26,003 nt of DNA, from assembly GCA_963713825.1 (NCBI GenBank), contig CAVQNG010000028.1, positions 1 through 26,003 on the forward strand, given 5' to 3'. The stretch comes from an uncultured Acidobacteriota bacterium. Its GTDB lineage: Bacteria; Acidobacteriota; Thermoanaerobaculia; Multivoradales; JAHEKO01. This document shows positions 1 through 7,480 of the stretch, in pieces; the stretch's first letter is position 1, and the number at the start of each line of letters is the position of its first letter. Position numbers and translations under genes: made by a program. Under the pieces are notes generated by a model that searched no databases, was not told the origin of the DNA, and was given only the letters and a program-made list of their open reading frames with translations.

Positions 1-123
1 GGAGGGTGCCAGGGGCTTTTGGGAGGCTGTGACTGGGTTGCGCTTGGCGTCGTCGAGTCCGCAGCCGGCGGCCAGCAGACCGAGAGTCAGCGCCAGTAAC
101 CAACGAGATCCAGAGTTGATCAT
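1..123 (-). CDS. Putative lipoprotein, N-terminal fragment (runs off the window edge)
   Basis: Not in the ORF track. Translation from ATG at 123 gives MINSGSRWLLALTLGLLAAGCGLDDAKRNPVTASQKPLAPS..., a hydrophobic h-region followed by a lipobox (LAAG-C). The frame is open to position 1. The RBS is weak and the frame is also open upstream to an ATG at 258. Confidence 0.55.
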   Translation of the reverse strand, partial: MINSGSRWLLALTLGLLAAGCGLDDAKRNPVTASQKPLAPS

Positions 124-343
124 CGTTTCAGGGTACTCGACGAGTAGGCCTGCGACCAGACCGATGAGACTACAGCCGATGCCTCCTCGTCCTTTGAAGA
201 AAGCTGGTCCTGCTATAGCTGATAGGGTGATCTCAGACTGAGGATCTGCCAGATGCATAGGTCCCGGCGGCGAGCTGCTCCGACCTGAAGATCTTCAGCG
301 GAAGTGTCCCATCGCTTTTCGCTCCTTCTTTCAGGAGACCACG

Positions 344-2503
344 ATGCGCCGACACTCGAGGCTCGTAACCTACCTGAGGAGCCTTGTCCTCCTCTCGACT
401 TGCTGGATCCTTGCGAGCACCCATCCTCTAATTGCCCAAGAGGCGCGACATGCGGATGTAACAGAGGTGGTCGTCATCGAGGTCCCCGTGCAGGTGACCA
501 AGGGCGGCAAGCCGGTGCGAGGGCTGACTCCTGAGCATTTCGAGCTCTTCGACGGCCGAAAGCAGCGGGGGCTGACAGGCTTCGACGCCTATGACCTCTC
601 CGGCACGAGCGCCGCTCCGAGCCAGATAAGACCTCGAATTCCAGCCGCCGCCCAACGCAAATTCCTTCTGTTCTTCGACCTGTCGTTCTCGGCACCCGAT
701 TCGATTGTGCAGGCCCGAGAAGCAGCAAGAGAACTTGTGTCCGAGGGTCTAGATCCGAGCGACCTGGTGGGCGTTGCGGCCTGGTCCGCCTCAAGCGGCT
801 CCAACGTGATCCTCGGGTTCACCTCCGATCGTCGGCAGGCTGCGTTGGCGATCGAGACCCTGGGCCTAGGACAGCTGGCCGAAGCAAGACGGGACCCGTT
901 GGGGCTCAGATTTGAAGAAATGAGAAATGAGCCTTCGAAGCAGCCTACCGACGGATCCTTTGACTGGTTTTCCCCCACCGGAACGGTCACAGGGAGCGCC
1001 GGGCTCCGACACTCGTTGATGCAAATGCAATCTTCGACGCAACAAGCCAGCGAGAGGAACGCCATCCTAGCGCTGCTTAGCTCCCTCTCTGAGGTCGCCG
1101 AGCTGTTGCGCTCAGTGGACGGCCGCAAATACCTCGTCCTTCTTTCCGAGGGCTTCGACAGCTCGGTCGTGTTCGGTCAGGGCGGGGGCGCCACTCGTGA
1201 AGAGCAGGAAGCGATCCAGAGACAGATCTCAGCCTCGGCCTTCGGTGACTATCAAAATATCGACAGTAACCTGCGCTTTGGTGACACCTCGACCCAGAAC
1301 GAGATGGGTCGAGTGCAACAGGAGTTCATGCGAGCCGACTGCGTGATTCACGCAGTGGACATCGGTGGCCTCCGTGCCGGGGGCGACGAGCGAGCTCGCC
1401 GGGAGAGCAGGCATGGGTTGTTTGTGATGGCTGATGGGACCGGTGGGGAGTTCTTCGAGAACTACGGCAATTTGAGCAAGGCGATGGAGGCGATGCTCGA
1501 GCGCACCAGCGTCACCTACGTGCTGGCCTTCCAAGCTGAAGACCTGAAGCTGGATGGCGAGTTTCACAAGCTGAAGGTGAAGCTCGAGGGTGCACCCAAG
1601 GGCGCCCGATTGGTGTATCGACCCGGCTACTTCGCTCCCAGACCCTACTCCGAGATCTCACAGCGAGAGCGAAGCCTGTCGGCTGCCTCTCGTCTGTTCG
1701 GGGCGCCCGGCGGAGAGCTGGGCGTCGCCACGCTGGCCGCAGCCTTCGAGTCGGGCTCGCAGTCGGCCTATGTCCCCTCGTTGATCGAGATCGATGGGGC
1801 AGACCTGCTGAAGGGGACCGAGGGCGGGCAGGTCGCCGCTGAGATCTACGCCTATGCCATCGCGAAGAATGGCGAGGTGCGGGACTACTACAGCCAGATC
1901 CTCGGCATCGATCTTCAAAAGGCAGGTCCTGCCCTCGAGGAGAAGGGGCTGAAGCTCTGGAGTCAGTTCGAAGTTCCGCCTGGCGAGTACGTCGCCAGGG
2001 TGCTGGTTCGTAATGCGGTGACAGGCACCTCGGGAGTGGCGGTAGCTCCGTTTCGAGTGCCGGACGCCGGTGAGCAGGAGCCGGCGCTGCTGCCGCCGCT
2101 GTTTCCCGAACCGGCGGGGCAGTGGCTGAACATCCGCGGCCAGCGCGCCGAGGAGTCCGAGCACGATTACCCCTTCACGGTGCAGGGACAAGCCTTCGAA
2201 CCCGCCGTCAAGCCTGTCCTGGTACCCGGCCAGAGCACTCCTGTACTTCTCGCTGGGTACGACATCGGAGACCCGGTCCAGATCCAGGGCGAGCTTTTCA
2301 CGCTCGATGGAAAGCCAGAAGGAAGAGTCTTCATGAATGTCGGTGAGCCGAGGGCTGGTGACCGGCCCGGCCTGATGCAGTGGGCCGCAACCCTGAGTGC
2401 AAGCGGTGTGGAGCCGGGCGATTACATTCTGAAAGTCACCGCAACCGAGCCGGATTCCGGCGAAACCCATTCCAGCTCGATCATGGTGTCAGTTTCCGGC
2501 TGA
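344..2503 (+). CDS. Secreted VWA-domain protein (Acidobacterial VWFA-related family) with C-terminal beta-rich/Ig-like domains
   Basis: Signal peptide MRRHSRLVTYLRSLVLLSTCWILAS..AQ; N-terminal 'VxVT-KGGKPVRGLTPEHFELFD' motif; MIDAS-like FFDLSFS (DxSxS); 'GRKYLVLLSEGF'; 'MADGTGGEFF'; 'YVLAF...DGEFHKLKVKL...RPGYFAP'. RBS CAGGAG upstream. Confidence 0.85.
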   Translation: MRRHSRLVTYLRSLVLLSTCWILASTHPLIAQEARHADVTEVVVIEVPVQVTKGGKPVRGLTPEHFELFDGRKQRGLTGFDAYDLSGTSAAPSQIRPRIPAAAQRKFLLFFDLSFSAPDSIVQAREAARELVSEGLDPSDLVGVAAWSASSGSNVILGFTSDRRQAALAIETLGLGQLAEARRDPLGLRFEEMRNEPSKQPTDGSFDWFSPTGTVTGSAGLRHSLMQMQSSTQQASERNAILALLSSLSEVAELLRSVDGRKYLVLLSEGFDSSVVFGQGGGATREEQEAIQRQISASAFGDYQNIDSNLRFGDTSTQNEMGRVQQEFMRADCVIHAVDIGGLRAGGDERARRESRHGLFVMADGTGGEFFENYGNLSKAMEAMLERTSVTYVLAFQAEDLKLDGEFHKLKVKLEGAPKGARLVYRPGYFAPRPYSEISQRERSLSAASRLFGAPGGELGVATLAAAFESGSQSAYVPSLIEIDGADLLKGTEGGQVAAEIYAYAIAKNGEVRDYYSQILGIDLQKAGPALEEKGLKLWSQFEVPPGEYVARVLVRNAVTGTSGVAVAPFRVPDAGEQEPALLPPLFPEPAGQWLNIRGQRAEESEHDYPFTVQGQAFEPAVKPVLVPGQSTPVLLAGYDIGDPVQIQGELFTLDGKPEGRVFMNVGEPRAGDRPGLMQWAATLSASGVEPGDYILKVTATEPDSGETHSSSIMVSVSG

Positions 2504-2533
2504 CCTTGTGGGATCGGCGCCCGAAGGTGGCGT

Positions 2534-5500
2534 CTACCTCCATTCCCCAGCAGCCACGAACCCCGCCCAGTAGAAGGGATGGGTGCTAGCTCCCGCCTCG
2601 CGCCGCGCTGCCAGAAGATGGAGGTTGGTCCGATGCACCGCCTCGATCGTAGTCGAGCCTTCCAAGAACCGGTATTGGTAAAGACGCGTCATCCATTCAC
2701 GGGTGACATCGTCGTCCACTGGCCACAGGCTCATGATCAGGGTGCGGGCGCCTGCGGCAGCGAAGGCGCGACGGAGGCCAAACACACCTTCACCTGTCTG
2801 TATGTCGCCGAGTCCGCTCTCGCAAGCCGAGAGGACGGCCCACTCGACACCGAACAGATCGAGAGCCGCCACCTCCTCGGCGGTCAAGATGCCGTCGTCC
2901 TCCTCCGGGAGCGCAGCTTGCCGGTGATTCGCACCCGCAAATGCCAAGCCCGACCGCAGCAAGGGGCTCTCGAGCTCGACAGCAGTCCGGCGAAGATGAG
3001 GGAAGTCGTGGACCGGACAGTCGTCACCGAGATAGAAGCCGTGAGTGGATAAGTGCAGCACCTGGCGACCCGTGGCAAGACGTTTGAAGCTCGTCTCGAT
3101 AGCCTCGCCTCGGAGGAGCGTCGTGACGGGCGGTGATGGCTCCAGACTCTGCCAGATCTCGGCGACTTCCTGGACCTCGATCTCACTGGCCGGCAAGGGT
3201 TCGAAGCGCATGGCTTGAAAGCTCCCGCACGTCGAGCGAAGGCCACGAAACATGCCGGCCTGGTCTGTCTCGGACACAGGCGACGAGCCGGCGGCTCCGA
3301 TTCCGACTTCCTGGGTCTTGGGCAGATGCGCCAGTTCGTCGAAGTCCGGATTGCCAATCGCCAGTAGGCCTTCACCCTTCACCTCGGCGACTTCTCTTAC
3401 AAGGTCACGCTCGGCGGACAGATAGTGAAGTCGGGGCCCGACCTCCGCTAGATAGTCAGTCTGTCCAACGGGCAGCGCGGCCAGGTTGATGAGATGGAGG
3501 CTTCCATCCGGGACAACGAAAACTCGCTCGAGACCGGCCAGATAGGACTCGATCGGCTCCCAGAGGCGCTCGCGAAGTCGCTTGGCGACCCCGCGGTAGT
3601 CCTGCTCCCTAGCGGCTGAGCTCCCCAGGGTGGTCTGTGCTTCCCTTTCGAGCTCGGCCCGCAGCTCTGTGACCAACGCGTCGATATCGCTGGCTACTCC
3701 CAACTCGACGAGCTCGATCTTGGTACTGTCGGCCCGAACCACGTAGGCCAGATACGAGGGAACAGGCTCAGCGGCCAGGTCCACGGCGCGACCGTTTCCA
3801 GGGATTCGAAAGTGTTGGAACTGGGTGAAGCCAAGCAGGCCGCTCCTCGGCGGCAACGAAGCCTTGACTTCATCCAAACCAACTCCCTTTCCCTGCTCGC
3901 GAATGCGAAATCGTCGGTCGGCCTCGGCGAGGGCCCGTTCGGTCCTGTCGCGCTCTCTCCTCGCATTCCCCAGCGCCAGGGTAAAGGAGTCGAGCGCATC
4001 TGGGGCGCCTGGTCCCTGAACCGTCAGATAAGCCAGTCTCTTTCGAGACCGCGTCAGATCTTGCATCAGACGGGAGGTTCCCATGGCCGCGCTTGTCGAG
4101 AATGCCTGGCGACGGTCGGCCATCTCGTCCACTACCAAGGCTCGTGAACGGATCAGAGCCTCGATTCCTTGCTGCCTGGTGCCCGACTCCGGCCTGTCGA
4201 TCAATAGGGAAAGCACTCTGTCGAGGCCCGATGGACGGTTTGCTGCGTATTGCAGAGCGACCCGCTCACTCAACCCAGTGAGCATGAGCCGGGAATGCTC
4301 CCTGGCGACCTCCTCGGCCTGGATGGCGTGCTCGAAGGCCTCCGCCCATTGCCCCGAGTGGATCCAAGCATCCGCGATCTTCAAGCGGGTCGAAGCGGCG
4401 CGAGGATTCTGGCGCCCGTGGAGCCGCTCGAGGATGGATACCGCCTCCTCGTAGATCGGGATCGCCTGGCTTTCTGCTCCCATAACGACAATGAGATCGG
4501 CCAGGGCGATCAGGTTCTCTGCGACATCATGGTTCGGGACATCGAGGCCGGGTTTGCGGACCAGGAGACCTCGACTCAAGACCTCTCGAGCTTCTTCGTA
4601 CCAACCTCTTTCCCGAAGCACGATGCCCAGCGCTCTTGCAGCCACATCTGCCTTTGGAGTTCCAGGGTCGGTAGCGCATTCATTGATTTCACAGGCTCGA
4701 CGGGCAAGCTTCTCCGCTTGCTCGAGGTCTCCAGTCGCCAAGTCGAGGGCCGACAGGGCGACGTAGTGGCCTGCCGTGTGCTCGCCGTCGATACCATAGA
4801 GATCAACAGCGATCTGAAGAGCCTGTTCGAGGTGAAGCCGTGCATCCTCGAGCTCGCCCAGGTCGGTCTCGAGCCGTCCGAGGTTGTTGAGTAACCAGGC
4901 GGCTTCGATGCACCCAGGCCCGAAGGCTCGCTCTGTGATTCCGAGAGCCTTCTCGTACAGTTGCCGGGCAGAGACCAGGTCACCCTGCTGATGCCGAAGG
5001 TGCCCCATGGCGCCATAGGTATGCGCCGACAACCCGATCTCGGGATATTCCTCGAAGATCGAGATGGACCGCCATAGGCTCTCTTCGGCACCGACCGGAT
5101 TCCCGCGAATCTCCTGGAGGTGATGGATGCCGAATAGGTAGTGGCCGACGAGGGGGTGGTCTGGCCCCAGCGATTCTTCCAGAGACTCCAAGGCCGTTCG
5201 CATGAGCTCGAACGATTCCTGGTAGCGATGGAGATCGTGAAGCACGAAGCCGTACAGGTAGAGACTCTGAGCGACGAGAGGGTGGTCTTCCGGAAGCACT
5301 CTCCGCCGAATCTCGAGCGCCCGTCGAGCCAGGGGTTCGGCAGTGGTTCTGTAGTCCCCAGACAGCGAGTGGATGTGGAACTCGGCAAGTCCGGTGAGCA
5401 TCTCCGCCAGAGCCAGCTCATCCGGCTTCGAAGCGCTCTCTGCGATGCCGACGGCCAGGGCAGAATGCCATTCGGAGTCTCTCCTTGGACCCGTGTGCAG

Positions 5501-6007
5501 GAAACGCTTGCCGAGTCGGTTGTGGACCCGGGCCACGCTGATCTCGTTGGAGCTCGGGCTCGACTCGTAGATCTGCAGGGCACGGCTCAGGAGAGCTCCG
5601 GCCATGGCGTAGCTGTCCATCTCGAGCAGCACGTCTGCCTTGCGCAGCAGACTGTCGGCGATCAGCGGATCGTTTGTACCCAGCTGCGCTTCTCGAATCG
5701 CCAGTGCCCGGTCTGCCAGCTCGCGGGTTTCGGGCAGGCTCGACTTGCCACCGAGCCGAAGGGCTTCGACAAGGAGGTCCAGAACCGCCGCAATTGCGAG
5801 GGAGTCCGGGCCCGTCTGTCTTTCAATCTGGGGCAGGAGGGCGCGGGCCGACACTTCCGCGTCGGTGTAGAGACCGGCGTAGTTCAGCTGTTCGACCTGG
5901 TTGGTCACCAGGGTAGGAGGCTGAGCTTCAGTCGAGGCGAGCGCAGCTGTACATGCCACCGCGCAGCCGGCCCAGAAGAGTGTCATCTGCCAGCTTCGTC
6001 TCGACAT
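2534..6007 (-). CDS. Secreted TPR-repeat CHAT-domain (caspase-like, clan CD) protease, about 1157 aa
   Basis: Start reassigned to ATG 6007, 8 bp after the anti-sigma stop; the track's 6241 start overlaps that gene. Signal peptide MSRRSWQMTLFWAGCAVACTAALASTEA-Q; many ~42-aa kinesin-light-chain-type TPRs (LGPDHPLV, LPEDHPLV); CHAT motifs VVPDGSLHLINLAAL, LHLSTHG (catalytic His, 3041-3043), EDDGILTAEEV, VLSACESG (catalytic Cys, 2822-2824), GEGVFGLRRAF, SLWPVDD, HPFYWAGF. Confidence 0.92.
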   Translation of the reverse strand: MSRRSWQMTLFWAGCAVACTAALASTEAQPPTLVTNQVEQLNYAGLYTDAEVSARALLPQIERQTGPDSLAIAAVLDLLVEALRLGGKSSLPETRELADRALAIREAQLGTNDPLIADSLLRKADVLLEMDSYAMAGALLSRALQIYESSPSSNEISVARVHNRLGKRFLHTGPRRDSEWHSALAVGIAESASKPDELALAEMLTGLAEFHIHSLSGDYRTTAEPLARRALEIRRRVLPEDHPLVAQSLYLYGFVLHDLHRYQESFELMRTALESLEESLGPDHPLVGHYLFGIHHLQEIRGNPVGAEESLWRSISIFEEYPEIGLSAHTYGAMGHLRHQQGDLVSARQLYEKALGITERAFGPGCIEAAWLLNNLGRLETDLGELEDARLHLEQALQIAVDLYGIDGEHTAGHYVALSALDLATGDLEQAEKLARRACEINECATDPGTPKADVAARALGIVLRERGWYEEAREVLSRGLLVRKPGLDVPNHDVAENLIALADLIVVMGAESQAIPIYEEAVSILERLHGRQNPRAASTRLKIADAWIHSGQWAEAFEHAIQAEEVAREHSRLMLTGLSERVALQYAANRPSGLDRVLSLLIDRPESGTRQQGIEALIRSRALVVDEMADRRQAFSTSAAMGTSRLMQDLTRSRKRLAYLTVQGPGAPDALDSFTLALGNARRERDRTERALAEADRRFRIREQGKGVGLDEVKASLPPRSGLLGFTQFQHFRIPGNGRAVDLAAEPVPSYLAYVVRADSTKIELVELGVASDIDALVTELRAELEREAQTTLGSSAAREQDYRGVAKRLRERLWEPIESYLAGLERVFVVPDGSLHLINLAALPVGQTDYLAEVGPRLHYLSAERDLVREVAEVKGEGLLAIGNPDFDELAHLPKTQEVGIGAAGSSPVSETDQAGMFRGLRSTCGSFQAMRFEPLPASEIEVQEVAEIWQSLEPSPPVTTLLRGEAIETSFKRLATGRQVLHLSTHGFYLGDDCPVHDFPHLRRTAVELESPLLRSGLAFAGANHRQAALPEEDDGILTAEEVAALDLFGVEWAVLSACESGLGDIQTGEGVFGLRRAFAAAGARTLIMSLWPVDDDVTREWMTRLYQYRFLEGSTTIEAVHRTNLHLLAARREAGASTHPFYWAGFVAAGEWR

Positions 6008-6015
6008 TGTTTGGC

Positions 6016-6744
6016 TCAGTCGGAGAGTTGTTCGAGAACCTCCTGCGCCTGAGATTGCAGCTCGCCCTCCATGGAGATCACATCGGACAGGTCTTTTCGC
6101 GCGGGTTCGATATTGCCGCCGCGCAGATAGGCCTTGGCGCGGTAGAAATGAGCCCATTCCCGATACTCGGAATCTCCCATTTCGGCGATACGGCTCAGGC
6201 TGTCGATGGCCTTGTCGGGCTCGTCTTCCAGGAGGTAGCAAGCCCCGAGATAGAAATGGGCCTTGGCGAGATCAGGATCGAGCTCGACAGCAGCCTCCAG
6301 TCCCGGAATCGCCTGGGCGAAGTCACCATGCTGATAGGCAACCATGGATTCCTTGAACTGCAGCTCTCCCTCTCCTTCCACCGACCGAAGAGTCCGGGGT
6401 TTGTAGGGAGGAGCCTCGACCATGGAGGCCGCGACGAGAGCCTGATTCGACGGTGTGCCCGCCCAGGGAGCGATCCAGAGAACCAGGCCGAGACCCAGCA
6501 CGAGCATTGCCGCGGCCAGCAGCCACCAGGGGTTAATCTCATGGCCAAACCGCCCTGCCCGGCTCAAGACCTTCCGAGGAGCACTCGAAAGCGCGGTACG
6601 GACCGCAGCATGGTCTTGGAGGGCTTCATGACACCGGTCGCACTCGAAGAAATGCTGCTCGAACGCTTCGGCCTCCTGCTCGCTCAGCTCTCCGGCGGAG
6701 TAGCGTTCGACGATGTCGGTGTCTGTCACGTACTTACAGTCCAA
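6016..6744 (-). CDS. Membrane-anchored anti-sigma factor (zf-HC2/ZAS domain, one TM helix, periplasmic TPR)
   Basis: HxxxCxxC motif (EQHFFECDRC); TM segment WWLLAAAMLVLGLGLVLWI; C-terminal TPRs (AIPGLEAAVELDPDLAKAHFYLGACY; EWAHFYRAKAYL). TTG start with GAGGTG RBS, 29 bp downstream of the ECF gene. Confidence 0.88.
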   Translation of the reverse strand: MDCKYVTDTDIVERYSAGELSEQEAEAFEQHFFECDRCHEALQDHAAVRTALSSAPRKVLSRAGRFGHEINPWWLLAAAMLVLGLGLVLWIAPWAGTPSNQALVAASMVEAPPYKPRTLRSVEGEGELQFKESMVAYQHGDFAQAIPGLEAAVELDPDLAKAHFYLGACYLLEDEPDKAIDSLSRIAEMGDSEYREWAHFYRAKAYLRGGNIEPARKDLSDVISMEGELQSQAQEVLEQLSD

Positions 6745-6773
6745 AGTGGCACCTCTGTCTAAGAGTAGCGATT

Positions 6774-7334
6774 TCAGCGATTTCGTGACCCCTTTTCCTT
6801 TAGGAACTCACGCACATGGCGCAACGCCCGTGACTTGCGTTTGCGAACGACCTCGGAGCTGAGGCCCATTTGGGCTGCGATCTCGGAAGGCTTCAGACCG
6901 TCGATTAGGCTCGACTGCAGAATCGCTTGGTCGCTGGTTTTCAGAGACTGAATCGCTTGGAGGGCTAGCTGGCTCCGCTCGGCACTCACGAAACACTGTT
7001 CGGGATCCGGCAGCTCGATTTCGACGTCGGTGGGCAGTGCCACCTCCTTCTGCTGTCCTCGACGGCGATGGAAGTAGCTGATCCTGTTTCGAGCGGTGGT
7101 GCAGATGTACCCGGCCAGACCATCGTAATTGCGCAGACGACCTTCGCGGAGCGCGGACAGTACCGAGATCATGACCTCTTGTGCGAGGTCTCGTGCGACT
7201 TCCTGGTCTCCGGTCCGAGCCAGGGCCATGGCGAAGACGCGACAGTAGAACTGTTCCACCAGCTCAGTCTCGGCTTCGGAATCGCCGAGTTGGATCCGCT
7301 CTACCAGACCGGCTGTGCCGCTCTCGGATGCCAT
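6774..7334 (-). CDS. ECF (group 4) RNA polymerase sigma-70 factor
   Basis: 186 aa. Region 2 'GDSEAETELVEQF..RVFAMA...ARDLAQEV...GYICTTARN'; region 4 'AIQSL..SDQAIL....DGLKPSEIAAQMGLSSEVVRKRKSRAL'. GAGGGG RBS. Confidence 0.93.
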   Translation of the reverse strand: MASESGTAGLVERIQLGDSEAETELVEQFYCRVFAMALARTGDQEVARDLAQEVMISVLSALREGRLRNYDGLAGYICTTARNRISYFHRRRGQQKEVALPTDVEIELPDPEQCFVSAERSQLALQAIQSLKTSDQAILQSSLIDGLKPSEIAAQMGLSSEVVRKRKSRALRHVREFLKEKGSRNR

Positions 7335-7425
7335 CGTCCCCTCGAGGGTTTCAATGCTTGACCCCCTGATTCTATGCGGCCCCTCCTCCTCCCCGATAGC
7401 ACATCGATCGGATTCGATCTTTCCC

Positions 7426-7452
7426 GGTCACAAATCCTGATCTCGAGCATCT
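7426..7452 (+). promoter_or_regulatory. Putative ECF-dependent promoter (GGTCACA-N15-CATCT) for the 7481 gene
   Basis: Lies about 30 bp upstream of the start (RBS AAAGGAGG at 7471-7478) in the region divergent from the ECF gene. It resembles TGTCACA-N16-CGTC type ECF promoters. Inference only. Confidence 0.4.
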
Positions 7453-7480
7453 CTATTCATGAACGATCCGAAAGGAGGAC

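Noticed and set aside
2504-2533. Bidirectional terminator between the VWA and CHAT genes
   Set aside because: Only a weak 6-bp stem (GGCGCC/GGCGTC) with no U-tracts.
6008-6241. 78-aa N-terminal extension of the CHAT ORF
   Set aside because: Overlaps the anti-sigma gene in another frame and is Arg-rich and non-protein-like; the signal peptide begins at ATG 6007.
2534-7334. Type III-E CRISPR (Craspase) locus
   Set aside because: No cas genes or repeat-spacer array in the window, and this CHAT protein has a signal peptide; only the regulatory logic is analogous.
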